Shown here: positions 49,647 through 58,303 of the stretch, piece after piece
Position numbering within the stretch: position 1 is the first letter of the stretch
Layout of the letters: each line of letters begins with the position of its first letter
NCBI GenBank assembly: GCA_963842085.1
Contig: CAWJET010000001.1
Location: 2,592,001 to 2,656,000, forward strand
Length of the DNA: 64,000 nucleotides
DNA from: an uncultured delta proteobacterium
Lineage (GTDB): Bacteria; Desulfobacterota; Binatia; Binatales; Binataceae
Direction of reading: 5' to 3'
The notes under the pieces: generated by a model
The model's database searches: none
What the model was told of the DNA's origin: nothing
What the model saw: the letters and a program-made list of their open reading frames with translations, nothing else
Made by a program: the position numbers and the translations under genes

Positions 49647-50504
49647 TCACTTGCGATGCTTCTTGGCCAGGTCGCGGAGTTTGCGAACCTGGTCGTCGGG
49701 CGCGCCGCCGCGCTCTTCGAGGTCGGCGGCGGTGTCATAGTCGGGCGGAGTCCGGCTGAGATAGATCTGAGCCAATTCGAGGTTGGCGACCTTGTTGTCG
49801 GGATAATCGCCGATCACGTCATTGAGCAGCTTGAAGTTCGCGTCAGGCGTGCCGGCGTCCTTGGCGGCCTCGTTGATCTTGTGCATCATCGGGTCGGCTT
49901 CGGGCCCGAGCGTGTCCATCTTGTGCGCTCTGGCGAGCAGCATCGCGGCGCGGATGCCTTGTTCGTAGCTATCGATGGCGTCGTGGTACTTCTTGTCCTG
50001 CATCTGCTGGTCGCCGACTCTTTCTATGATCGGGATCGCATCGGAGAGCGCGTTGACCGCTTTCTGACGCGCCGCCGGTATCTTGGTCGTGAAGATGATT
50101 TCCTTCAGCCTGCCGACACCGTCATCGACCTTGCCCGCCTTGATGTCGTCGAGCGCCTGGCCCGAAGAGTTCGCCAGGTCCTCGAGCTGCTTGTAGAGCC
50201 GGGCCTTGTCGAGCAGTTTCTGATCGGTGGGATCGAGTGCCGAGGCTGCCATGTATTCCTTGGCGGCGCCTTCCTGGTCGCCGAGCGCTTCATCGATATT
50301 GGCGAGCGCTTTGTGCGCGTCGAGGCTGGAGGGGTCGTCCTTTATGGACAGCTCGAGCTCTTTCTTGGCGCCGTCGAGGTCGCGCTTTTCGAACAGATCT
50401 TCAGCTTTGTACAGATGCTTCTTCGCCTCGGACTGGCATCCGCTGACGAACGGTATTGCCAGCAGGACCGGCAGTATCAGCGCGCGCGCGATAACTGTTC
50501 GCAT
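49647..50504 (-). CDS. TPR-containing lipoprotein
   Basis: Signal peptide with lipobox VSGC, followed by helical TPR-like repeats. Confidence 0.75.
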   Translation of the reverse strand: MRTVIARALILPVLLAIPFVSGCQSEAKKHLYKAEDLFEKRDLDGAKKELELSIKDDPSSLDAHKALANIDEALGDQEGAAKEYMAASALDPTDQKLLDKARLYKQLEDLANSSGQALDDIKAGKVDDGVGRLKEIIFTTKIPAARQKAVNALSDAIPIIERVGDQQMQDKKYHDAIDSYEQGIRAAMLLARAHKMDTLGPEADPMMHKINEAAKDAGTPDANFKLLNDVIGDYPDNKVANLELAQIYLSRTPPDYDTAADLEERGGAPDDQVRKLRDLAKKHRK

Positions 50505-50627
50505 CGGAATGTTCCTCTCGGGGTTAGGCGAAATCCGGATGAGTCTGCAAGCAATGGCGCGGAATTGTCAAGTTGAAACGCGACCCGCGCGGCGTGCGCG
50601 CATACTTTGCGAAGATCGCGGCGCGGC

Positions 50628-51569
50628 TCAGTCCGCAGGCATCGGGAGCGGGAAATGCACGCGCTCCTTGGCGACGCTGAGCAGCTCGACCTCGGCGCCG
50701 GCGCGGGCGAACGCTCCGATAATTTCCTCGACCAGCCATTCGGGCGACGACGCGCTCGCAGTCAAGCCGAGCGCGCGCACACCGTCGAGCATCGCCGGCT
50801 CGACGTCGGCGATCGAATCGACCAGGAACGCGCGCGCGCCGCGCATCCGCGCAACCTCGACCAGCCGGTTGGCGTTCGAGCTTTGCTTCGAGCCGACGAC
50901 CAGCACGGCGTCGCTGACCTGCACCAGTTCCTTGACGGCGTTCTGGCGGTTTTGGGTGGCGTAGCAGATGTCGTCGGTCTTCGGCGCCTGCATCGAGGGG
51001 AAACGCTGCTTGAGCGTCTCCATGATGTCGCGCGTGTCATCGACGCTGAGCGTGGTCTGCGTGACGGCGGCGATGCGCGCGGAATTCTCGACCGGCACCG
51101 TGCGCGCCTCGGCGACAGTGCCGACCAGCACCACCTTGCCGGGCGCGACCCCGAGAGTGCCCTTCACTTCCTCGTGGCCGGCGTGACCGATGAGAATCAC
51201 GGTGCGGCCCTCGTCGTCGTACTTTTTGACTTCGAGATGGACCTTGGTGACGAGCGGGCAGGTGGCGTCGATGACGCGCAGTGAGCGATCCTTGGCGCGG
51301 TCCCATTCGCTGGGCGCTACTCCGTGGGCGCTGAAGATGACGCGCTGGCCGGTCGGCACCTCGTCCAGGCTCTCGACAAAAATCGCGCCTTCGCGTTCCA
51401 GCGCTTCGAGGACGAAGCGGTTGTGGACGATCTGATGGCGCACGTAGAGCGGGCGGCCGTATGACCGCAGCGCGCTGCGGACGGCCTCGACCGCGCGATC
51501 GACGCCGGCGCAAAAGCCGCGCGGCTCAGCCAGGATGATTTTTTCAACCGATGTTTCGCCCAACGCCAT
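50628..51569 (-). CDS. ispH: 4-hydroxy-3-methylbut-2-enyl diphosphate reductase
   Basis: PRGFCAGV, IVHN, SAHG, DATCPLVTKVH, QTTLS, DICYATQNRQ, SSN. Confidence 0.97.
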   Translation of the reverse strand: MALGETSVEKIILAEPRGFCAGVDRAVEAVRSALRSYGRPLYVRHQIVHNRFVLEALEREGAIFVESLDEVPTGQRVIFSAHGVAPSEWDRAKDRSLRVIDATCPLVTKVHLEVKKYDDEGRTVILIGHAGHEEVKGTLGVAPGKVVLVGTVAEARTVPVENSARIAAVTQTTLSVDDTRDIMETLKQRFPSMQAPKTDDICYATQNRQNAVKELVQVSDAVLVVGSKQSSNANRLVEVARMRGARAFLVDSIADVEPAMLDGVRALGLTASASSPEWLVEEIIGAFARAGAEVELLSVAKERVHFPLPMPAD

Positions 51570-51675
51570 GCTTCATTTGTAACTGGTAACTGTCCGGGCG
51601 GTCAATGATGCTCTGGTCCTCGGCCCGTTATTTCACGGCAGAGGTCAGATGAGGGTTCTGTGGCGTGGCAATGTT

Positions 51676-52389
51676 CTATTTGAGCGCAGGCGGATGCGAC
51701 GTCTGGCAGCCGATCCAGACTTCACCGCCTTCGAAATGCTCCTTCTTCCAAATCGGTACGATTTCCTTCAGCCGATCGATTGCGAACCGGCACGCCTCGA
51801 ATGCCTCTGCGCGATGCGGCGCCGAGACCGCGATCGCCACCGAAGTCTCGCCAATCTCGACTAGGCCGACGCGATGCGCGATCGCGATGCGCGTGATTTT
51901 CCATCGCGCTCCCGCCTCGACTGCAAGCTTGCGCATCTCGGACAGCGCCATCGGCTCGTAGGCCTCATACTCGAGGCGAATCACGACGCGGCCCGCGTTG
52001 TCGCGCCGAGTCGTGCCGGTGAACGATACGATCGCACCGGCGGCAGGGTCGGCAACTTCGCGCTCGAGAGCGGCAACGTCGACAGGATTGCGGCCAATCG
52101 TGATCTTGCCGACGTAAGAAGGCATCTCAGCACCGCTGTCGGCACCGCCGCTGACGGGAGGGATGAAGGCGATCTCGTCGCCGCTCCGCGGCTTGAAGCT
52201 GCCCTCGACGTATTCCTGGTTGACGGCGAAACCCACCGAATCGTGATGTCCGCGAAGCTCGGGAAACTCGACGACCATCTGCCGCCAGATGTCGGCGACA
52301 GTGGTGCCGTCGGGAAACTCGCGGGTCAGTTCGGCCGCATGCGCGCGCTCGCGCAGCGTGGCGAACAGCTTGATCGTGAAGCGATTCAT
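51676..52389 (-). CDS. moaE: MoaD-MoaE fusion (molybdopterin synthase, MoaX-like)
   Basis: MoaD part (LFATLRE...AVNQEY...IPPVSGG) continues in frame into MoaE (GAIVSFTGTTR, LEYEAY, HRVG, PIWKKE). Confidence 0.92.
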   Translation of the reverse strand: MNRFTIKLFATLRERAHAAELTREFPDGTTVADIWRQMVVEFPELRGHHDSVGFAVNQEYVEGSFKPRSGDEIAFIPPVSGGADSGAEMPSYVGKITIGRNPVDVAALEREVADPAAGAIVSFTGTTRRDNAGRVVIRLEYEAYEPMALSEMRKLAVEAGARWKITRIAIAHRVGLVEIGETSVAIAVSAPHRAEAFEACRFAIDRLKEIVPIWKKEHFEGGEVWIGCQTSHPPALK

Positions 52390-52883
52390 TTGCTCAGCAG
52401 ATAAGTGATGTGCCCGAGCTGCGGGATTAGCAGCTTCTCCATCGCGAGCCGGCACGCGTCGGGCGAGCCGGGAAGCGCGGCGACGAACTTGCCATGGCGC
52501 ACACCGGCGACCGCGCGGCTCATCATCGCGGCCGCGCCGATTTCCTGATACGAAAGCATCCGGAACAATTCGCCGAAGCCTTCGAGCTCCTTATCGATTA
52601 CCGATTTCACAACTTCGGTGGTTTCGTCGCGCGCGGTGATGCCGGTGCCGCCGTTGACGATGATGGCGTCGAGATTCTCCAGATTATTGACGAGCGCGGC
52701 GGAAATCTTCTCGCGGTCGTCGGGCAGGATCTCGTAGTAGTCGACGCGGTGGCCGGCGGCCTCGAGCATGGTGCGGATGAGCTTGCCGCTCTCGTCGGTC
52801 TCCGGGGTGCGCGAATCGCTGGCGGTGATTACGCCGACTTTGAGGCTGGTGCGCGCGTGTTTTTCGTGCTCGTGGACCGACAT
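52386..52883 (-). CDS. moaB: Molybdenum cofactor biosynthesis protein B (MoaB/Mog family)
   Basis: SDSRT..TDESG, PDD, GGTGITARDET, GFGELFR, SRA, LPGSP. Confidence 0.92.
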   Translation of the reverse strand: MSVHEHEKHARTSLKVGVITASDSRTPETDESGKLIRTMLEAAGHRVDYYEILPDDREKISAALVNNLENLDAIIVNGGTGITARDETTEVVKSVIDKELEGFGELFRMLSYQEIGAAAMMSRAVAGVRHGKFVAALPGSPDACRLAMEKLLIPQLGHITYLLSK

Positions 52884-52995
52884 GCAGATTAGAATTACAC
52901 AATCCAGGGTGGCATTATAAGCAGTCCACGTACGCGATGCCGGCGGCGGAAAATAAACCGCCCGCGCCGCGAGTTGCAAGTCCCGGAACCTCGAG

Positions 52996-53706
52996 ATGAC
53001 CACCGCATCCAGCCGAGCCGCCAGGTTTTTTCGGCCAAAAATTCTGCTCTTCGCGCTGGCCGCAATCGCGATCCTCTACGGTGCGCATCGCGTCGGCGCC
53101 GGGCCGTGGCTGGCCAACGCGCTCGACTGGATTCGCGGGCTGGGCGCGCTGGCGCCGGTCGTGTTCATCGCGATTTACATCGTGGCGTGCGTAGCGTTTG
53201 TTCCCGGCTCGATTCTGACGATAGGCGCGGGGGTGATTTTCGGAGTCGTGCGCGGCTCGATCTACGTTTCGATCGGCGCGACGCTCGGCGCCACCGCGGC
53301 ATTTGTCGTGGGCCGCTACCTTGCGCGCGATTGGGTGAGCGAAAGGCTCCAGGGCAACGCGAAGTTCAGGGCGCTCGACGAAGCGGTCGGCAGAGAAGGC
53401 TGGAAGATGGTTTTCCTCACGCGGCTGTCCCCGGTGATTCCATTCAGCCTGCTCAACTACGGGTTCGGGCTGACGCGCGTGACTCTGCGCGACTATTTTT
53501 TCGCGTCGTGGATCGGGATGATTCCGGCCACGATTCTCTACGTGTATATCGGCTCGCTCAGCGGCGACCTCGCGCGCGCAGCCGGGGGCGGCGCCCGGCG
53601 GACGCCCCTTGAATGGGCGCTTACCGCGGTTGGATTCGTCGCGACGGTCGCGGTGGTCGTGTACGCAACCCGAATCGGCGCGCGGGCGCTGCGCCAAGAG
53701 ACCTAG
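52996..53706 (+). CDS. TVP38/TMEM64 (VTT/DedA superfamily) membrane protein
   Basis: PGSILTIGAG, GATLGA, RLSPVIPFSLLNY, GMIPAT. Confidence 0.92.
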   Translation: MTTASSRAARFFRPKILLFALAAIAILYGAHRVGAGPWLANALDWIRGLGALAPVVFIAIYIVACVAFVPGSILTIGAGVIFGVVRGSIYVSIGATLGATAAFVVGRYLARDWVSERLQGNAKFRALDEAVGREGWKMVFLTRLSPVIPFSLLNYGFGLTRVTLRDYFFASWIGMIPATILYVYIGSLSGDLARAAGGGARRTPLEWALTAVGFVATVAVVVYATRIGARALRQET

Positions 53707-53720
53707 CCGGGCGACACGTC

Positions 53721-55244
53721 ATGGGATCGCACGCGCTGAAGCATGAGCCGCTCGACGCTTACAACCTCGCGCTCACGGAGAATCTGCATCCCGCCGGATG
53801 GATCAACCCCGAGCCTGCCGACCGCTACAACCTGGTGGTGATCGGCGCCGGCACCGCGGGCCTCGTGACGGCGGCGGGCGCGGCGATTCTTGGTGCGAAG
53901 GTCGCGCTGGTCGAGCGCGACCTGATGGGCGGCGATTGTCTGAACTTCGGATGCGTGCCTTCGAAGGCGCTCATCCGCTCGGCGCGCGCCGCCGCTGCGG
54001 TCCGCGACGCGGGCCACTTCGGCGTTGAGGTGCCGCCGGGTGCGCGCCTGAATTTTCCGGCCGTGATGGAACGGATGCGCAAGCTGCGCGCCGGGCTCAG
54101 CCCGACCGACTCCGCCAATCGATTTCGCGGCCTTGGCGTCGACGTCTTCATCGGAGACGGACGCTTCGTTGCGCCCGACTGCGTCGAGGTCGACGGCAGG
54201 CGACTGAAATTCAAGAAGGCCGCGATCGCTACCGGGGCGCGCGCCGCGGCGCTGCCGATCCCAGGTCTTGCCGAGGCCGGCTATCTGACCAACGAGACGG
54301 TTTTTTCGCTGACCGAAATGCCGCGGCGAATCGCGGTAATTGGCGCCGGACCGATCGGATGCGAACTAGCGCAGACTTTCGCGCGATTCGGCGCGCAGGT
54401 CACGCTGCTCGAAGTCGCACCGCAAATCCTGATACGCGAGGATCGCGACGCCGCTGAGCGAGTCGAGCGCGCAATCGTCGGCGACGGCGTGGAAATCATC
54501 ACCGGCTGCAAAATTTCCGGGGTCGAGTTGCGCGGCAATGAAAAAATGATCACCACCGAGCGCGACGGCGTCCGCCGCGAAATTGCCGCCGACGAAATAT
54601 TGATCGGCGTCGGCCGCGTCCCTGCGGTCGAGGGGCTGAACCTCGAAGCCGCGATGATCGAATACGACAGGCAAAACGGCGTGAAGGTCGACGACCACCT
54701 GCGCACGACGAATCCGCTGGTGTACGCCGGCGGCGACGTCGCGTCGCCATACAAGTTTACTCACCTGGCCGACGCCCACGCGCGCATCATCATCCGCAAC
54801 GCGCTGTTCTTCGGGCGCCAGCGCGCGAGCCAACTGACTATTCCATGGTGTACCTACACCGATCCGGAAATCGCGCACGTCGGACTCTACCAAGCCGAGG
54901 CGAAGGAGCGCGGAATCTCAGTCGCGACCTATACGCAGGAACTGGCCGAGGTCGATCGTGCCGTGCTGGACGGCGAGACCGACGGCTTTGTGAAGGTGCA
55001 CGTCCGCGAGGGGAGCGATCGGATCGTCGGCGCGACCGTGGTCGCGAGCCACGCCGGCGAGATCATCTCGGAACTCACGACCGCGATCAAAGCTGGAGTG
55101 GGACTGGGCAGCCTCGGCGACGTGATCCATCCATACCCGACGCAGGCCGACGCGATTCGCCGCGCCGCCGGCCTCTACGCGCGCACGCGGCTCACGCCGT
55201 TCGTCGCGGGTCTGATGAAGCGATGGTTCGCGTTCACGCGATGA
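53721..55244 (+). CDS. Pyridine nucleotide-disulfide oxidoreductase ('mercuric reductase-like'/LpdA family)
   Basis: GAGTAG, redox motif GGDCLNFGCVPSK, GAGPIG, HPYPT. No C-terminal Cys-Cys pair. Confidence 0.9.
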   Translation: MGSHALKHEPLDAYNLALTENLHPAGWINPEPADRYNLVVIGAGTAGLVTAAGAAILGAKVALVERDLMGGDCLNFGCVPSKALIRSARAAAAVRDAGHFGVEVPPGARLNFPAVMERMRKLRAGLSPTDSANRFRGLGVDVFIGDGRFVAPDCVEVDGRRLKFKKAAIATGARAAALPIPGLAEAGYLTNETVFSLTEMPRRIAVIGAGPIGCELAQTFARFGAQVTLLEVAPQILIREDRDAAERVERAIVGDGVEIITGCKISGVELRGNEKMITTERDGVRREIAADEILIGVGRVPAVEGLNLEAAMIEYDRQNGVKVDDHLRTTNPLVYAGGDVASPYKFTHLADAHARIIIRNALFFGRQRASQLTIPWCTYTDPEIAHVGLYQAEAKERGISVATYTQELAEVDRAVLDGETDGFVKVHVREGSDRIVGATVVASHAGEIISELTTAIKAGVGLGSLGDVIHPYPTQADAIRRAAGLYARTRLTPFVAGLMKRWFAFTR

Positions 55245-55262
55245 AGAAAATAACTCGCGGAG

Positions 55263-55487
55263 TCAACGCAGGCGCAGGTTGAATGCCTGTCGCCCTTTCT
55301 CACCCGACCGCACGTCGAACTGAACTTCGTTGCCTTCGCGGAGGTCGTCGAAATAAACCTTGGGCGACAGCGCCGAGCGATGAAAGAAGACTTCGTCGCC
55401 GCCGTCGTCCGCGATGATGAAGCCGAAGCCCTTGTCCTTGACTATCTTCTTGATTGTGCCAAACACGCGATCCTCCGCCGATGACAT
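55263..55487 (-). CDS. Cold-shock domain protein
   Basis: RNP1 KGFGFI, RNP2 VFFHRS, GEKG.QA.N. Confidence 0.88.
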   Translation of the reverse strand: MSSAEDRVFGTIKKIVKDKGFGFIIADDGGDEVFFHRSALSPKVYFDDLREGNEVQFDVRSGEKGRQAFNLRLR

Positions 55488-55558
55488 TGCCCGGCGTCTT
55501 GAGCTTACGACGCTGGCAATTTAAGTAAAGACGTACTCATCGAAAACACGAGGCGCGC

Positions 55559-55792
55559 ATGCTCAAGGCCGTGACGCTGAAGGAAATCGAGAGAATCTTC
55601 GCGGTGATCGAGCCGATGGGCATTTCGCGCGAGGCGGTCGTGATTCCGCTGCGCACCGAGCATCCGGGACGCGTCTCGATTTTGAAAAACGGCAAGCTGG
55701 AGATAGTCGTCGAGCGCGACGGCGATTTCGAGGATTGGATCACTCGACTCGAGGCGCAGATTCGCGAGCTGATGCATCCGGCGGCGGACTGA
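55559..55792 (+). CDS. Small hypothetical protein
   Basis: Protein-like composition and GAGG RBS. It overlaps the convergent BCCP 3' end by 53 bp. Confidence 0.6.
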   Translation: MLKAVTLKEIERIFAVIEPMGISREAVVIPLRTEHPGRVSILKNGKLEIVVERDGDFEDWITRLEAQIRELMHPAAD

Positions 55793-56270
55793 GCTCGATC
55801 AGCACCGCGCCGTGATCGACAGTCTGACCCTCCTCGACGCGGACATGCTTCACCGTCGCGGCGCTCTCGGCGGCGAGCGTCGTTTCCATTTTCATCGCCT
55901 CGATCACGACCAGCGGCTGCCCGGCCTCGACCAGGTCGCCGTCGCGCACCATCACCAGCAGCACCTTGCCGGGCATCGGCGCGGTGATTTCCGGCGCCGC
56001 CAGCCCGCGTGCGCGGCGGCGCGCAGCCGCTTCGGCAGGCTTGAACTCGAACGACGCCGGCCCGACTGAAACGAGGATCGAATCCTTGCGCCGCGCGCCG
56101 AAAACCGGGTAACGCCGCCCGTCGATCGCGAGAACCCCGCCGCCGTCCGCATTCGGCGTAAACTCCGCGGCGATCTCCCGGTCTCCGATGCGGACGCGAA
56201 TCGTGCCGCCGTCGCGCGCGACCACTTCGGCGTCGTATTCGCGCGAGTCACCGGCGCGCGTGAGCTTCAT
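55740..56270 (-). CDS. Biotin carboxyl carrier protein with N-terminal BT-like domain
   Basis: APMPGKV, EAMKME biotinylation motif. ATGA coupling with the biotin carboxylase gene. Confidence 0.9.
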   Translation of the reverse strand: MKLTRAGDSREYDAEVVARDGGTIRVRIGDREIAAEFTPNADGGGVLAIDGRRYPVFGARRKDSILVSVGPASFEFKPAEAAARRRARGLAAPEITAPMPGKVLLVMVRDGDLVEAGQPLVVIEAMKMETTLAAESAATVKHVRVEEGQTVDHGAVLIELSPPPDASARESAPRVE

Positions 56271-57760
56271 CGCCGCCCTCTCCACAACTCGAAGTTGCTC
56301 AGGAGGTCCCACGGCGAACGCCGCTCGTTATTGTTTCGCGGCGATGCGTCATTTTCCATTTGCGGATCGCCCGCGGCGATGGCGGCCGCGACGATCGCCG
56401 CATCGATTTCCGCGGGATCGATCTTCCACTCGGGGAAAAATTCATCGATAAAGCGGGTCGAGAGCCGCGCGTTGCGAAACTGCTCGCTCGCCACGATGTC
56501 GCGCAGGTAGGCGGCGTTGTTCGTCACGCCGAGCAGAGCGAATTCGCCCAGCGCGTTGAACAGCCGGCCGCGCGCCTCCTCGCGATTTGCGCCGTAACAG
56601 ATGAGCTTGCCGAGCAGGCCGTCGTACCACGGCGTCACTTCGGCGCCGCGCGCCAGATGCGAGTCGAAACGCACGCCTGGACCGCCGGGAACGCTCAGAT
56701 GAAGCACGGTCCCGGTTGCCGGACGGAAGTCATGCTCGGGATCCTCGGCGTTGATTCGGCATTCGATTGCCGCGCCGCGCGGGGCCGCGGGCTCCGAGAC
56801 CTTGCCGCCCGCCGCGATCCGCAATTGCTCGCACACCAGGTCGCATCCGAACCGCATCTCGGTGACCGGATGCTCGACCTGCAGCCGCGCGTTGACTTCG
56901 AGAAAGTAGAAATTATCGCCCTCGAGAAGAAACTCCACGGTGCCGGCGTTGGTGTAATGCGCCGCGCGGACGAGCTTCAGCGCCGCATCGATCATTTTCG
57001 CGCGCATCGCGGCGGAAAGTCCCGGCGCCGGCGACTCCTCGATGATCTTCTGATGCCGGCGCTGCACCGAGCAATCACGCTCGCCGAGCGCGACTACGGC
57101 GCCATGTTCGTCGCCAAGAATTTGTATTTCGACGTGCCGCGGATGCGCGAGGTATTTTTCGATGAAGATACGCCCGTCGCCGAACGCCGCCGCCGCTTCA
57201 CGCGCAGCCGCATCCAGAGCGCTCTCCAGTTGCGCGGCTTCGGCGACCACGCGCATCCCGCGTCCGCCGCCGCCGGCGGCAGCCTTGACCAGAATCGGAT
57301 AGCCGGCGTGCGCGGCGAATTCGCGCGCCGCGGAAATTTCCGCGGCGTCGATTCCCGGCACGACCGGAACCCCTGCCGCAGCCGCGATTCGCCGCGCCGC
57401 GACCTTGTCGCCCAGCGCAGCCATCACGTCCGGCCGCGGCCCGACAAAAGTGATCTGGGCTTCGGCCGCAGACCGCGCGAACTCGGGCCGCTCGGAGAGA
57501 AATCCGTAACCCGGATGAATCGCGTCAGCACCGGATTGTTTTGCGGCCACGATTATCGCCGCGATGTCGAGGTAGCTCTTCGCAGCCTCGGCCGGGCCGA
57601 TCGCAATCGCCTGGTCAGCCGCGCCGACGTGCGCGCTGTTCGCGTCCGCGGCCGAATACACGGCGACAGTCTTGAGGCCGAACAGCCGCGCACTGCGGAT
57701 GATCCGAAGCGCGATCTCGCCGCGATTTGCGACGAGCAGTTTTGTGAGCTGGCGTGCCAT
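56267..57760 (-). CDS. Biotin carboxylase subunit of an acyl-CoA carboxylase
   Basis: ANRGEIA, HPGYGFLSE, GGGGRGM, ERDCSVQRRHQK, EVNARLQVEHPVTE, RINAEDP. Confidence 0.95.
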   Translation of the reverse strand: MARQLTKLLVANRGEIALRIIRSARLFGLKTVAVYSAADANSAHVGAADQAIAIGPAEAAKSYLDIAAIIVAAKQSGADAIHPGYGFLSERPEFARSAAEAQITFVGPRPDVMAALGDKVAARRIAAAAGVPVVPGIDAAEISAAREFAAHAGYPILVKAAAGGGGRGMRVVAEAAQLESALDAAAREAAAAFGDGRIFIEKYLAHPRHVEIQILGDEHGAVVALGERDCSVQRRHQKIIEESPAPGLSAAMRAKMIDAALKLVRAAHYTNAGTVEFLLEGDNFYFLEVNARLQVEHPVTEMRFGCDLVCEQLRIAAGGKVSEPAAPRGAAIECRINAEDPEHDFRPATGTVLHLSVPGGPGVRFDSHLARGAEVTPWYDGLLGKLICYGANREEARGRLFNALGEFALLGVTNNAAYLRDIVASEQFRNARLSTRFIDEFFPEWKIDPAEIDAAIVAAAIAAGDPQMENDASPRNNNERRSPWDLLSNFELWRGRR

Positions 57761-57806
57761 CGATTCGTCGAAACTAGCACATCAATTGCAACCGGCGCGC
57801 CCGTCG

Positions 57807-57812
57807 TATAAT
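57807..57812 (+). promoter_or_regulatory. Perfect -10 box TATAAT six nt before the ATG (leaderless promoter candidate)
   Basis: TTGCAA (57786) - N15 - TATAAT - TCCCGG - ATG (57819). No Shine-Dalgarno sequence. Confidence 0.5.
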
Positions 57813-57818
57813 TCCCGG

Positions 57819-58292
57819 ATGGACGCGCCCGCGCATCGCAATCGCATGAACCGCTACTTCGAGGATTTCACCGCCGGCCAGACTTTCAAGCACTGGCCCG
57901 GCCGCACGATCACCGAGTTCGACAACACCTGGTTCACGCTCATGACGATGAACACCAACCCGCTGCACTTCGACGCCGCCTACGCTGCCACCACCCAGCA
58001 CGGGCGGCCGCTCGTCAACGGACTGCTGGTAATGGCGAGGGTGGTCGGCATGAGCGTGAAGGACGTGAGCGAGAATGCGATCGCCAATCTCGAATACGAA
58101 TCGGTGCGTCACAACGGGCCGACGTTCGCGGGAGATACACTGTACGCCGAGACGACGGTGCTTGAGACGACCGCGTCGAAGTCGAGAAGCGATCGCGGCG
58201 TCCTCTATCTCGAAACGCGCGGCCTTAATCAACGCGGCGAACAGATAATGATCCTGCGCCGCAAAGTCCTGGTCCCGCGCCGGCCCGTCTGA
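57819..58292 (+). CDS. MaoC-family dehydratase
   Basis: RYFEDF..GQ...HWPGRTIT, NTNPLHFD, PTFAGDTL, NQRGE. Confidence 0.9.
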   Translation: MDAPAHRNRMNRYFEDFTAGQTFKHWPGRTITEFDNTWFTLMTMNTNPLHFDAAYAATTQHGRPLVNGLLVMARVVGMSVKDVSENAIANLEYESVRHNGPTFAGDTLYAETTVLETTASKSRSDRGVLYLETRGLNQRGEQIMILRRKVLVPRRPV

Positions 58293-58303
58293 GCCGCGTC
58301 CTT

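Noticed and set aside
53721-55244. merA mercury resistance
   Set aside because: No C-terminal Cys-Cys, no N-terminal metal-binding domain, and no mer operon genes.
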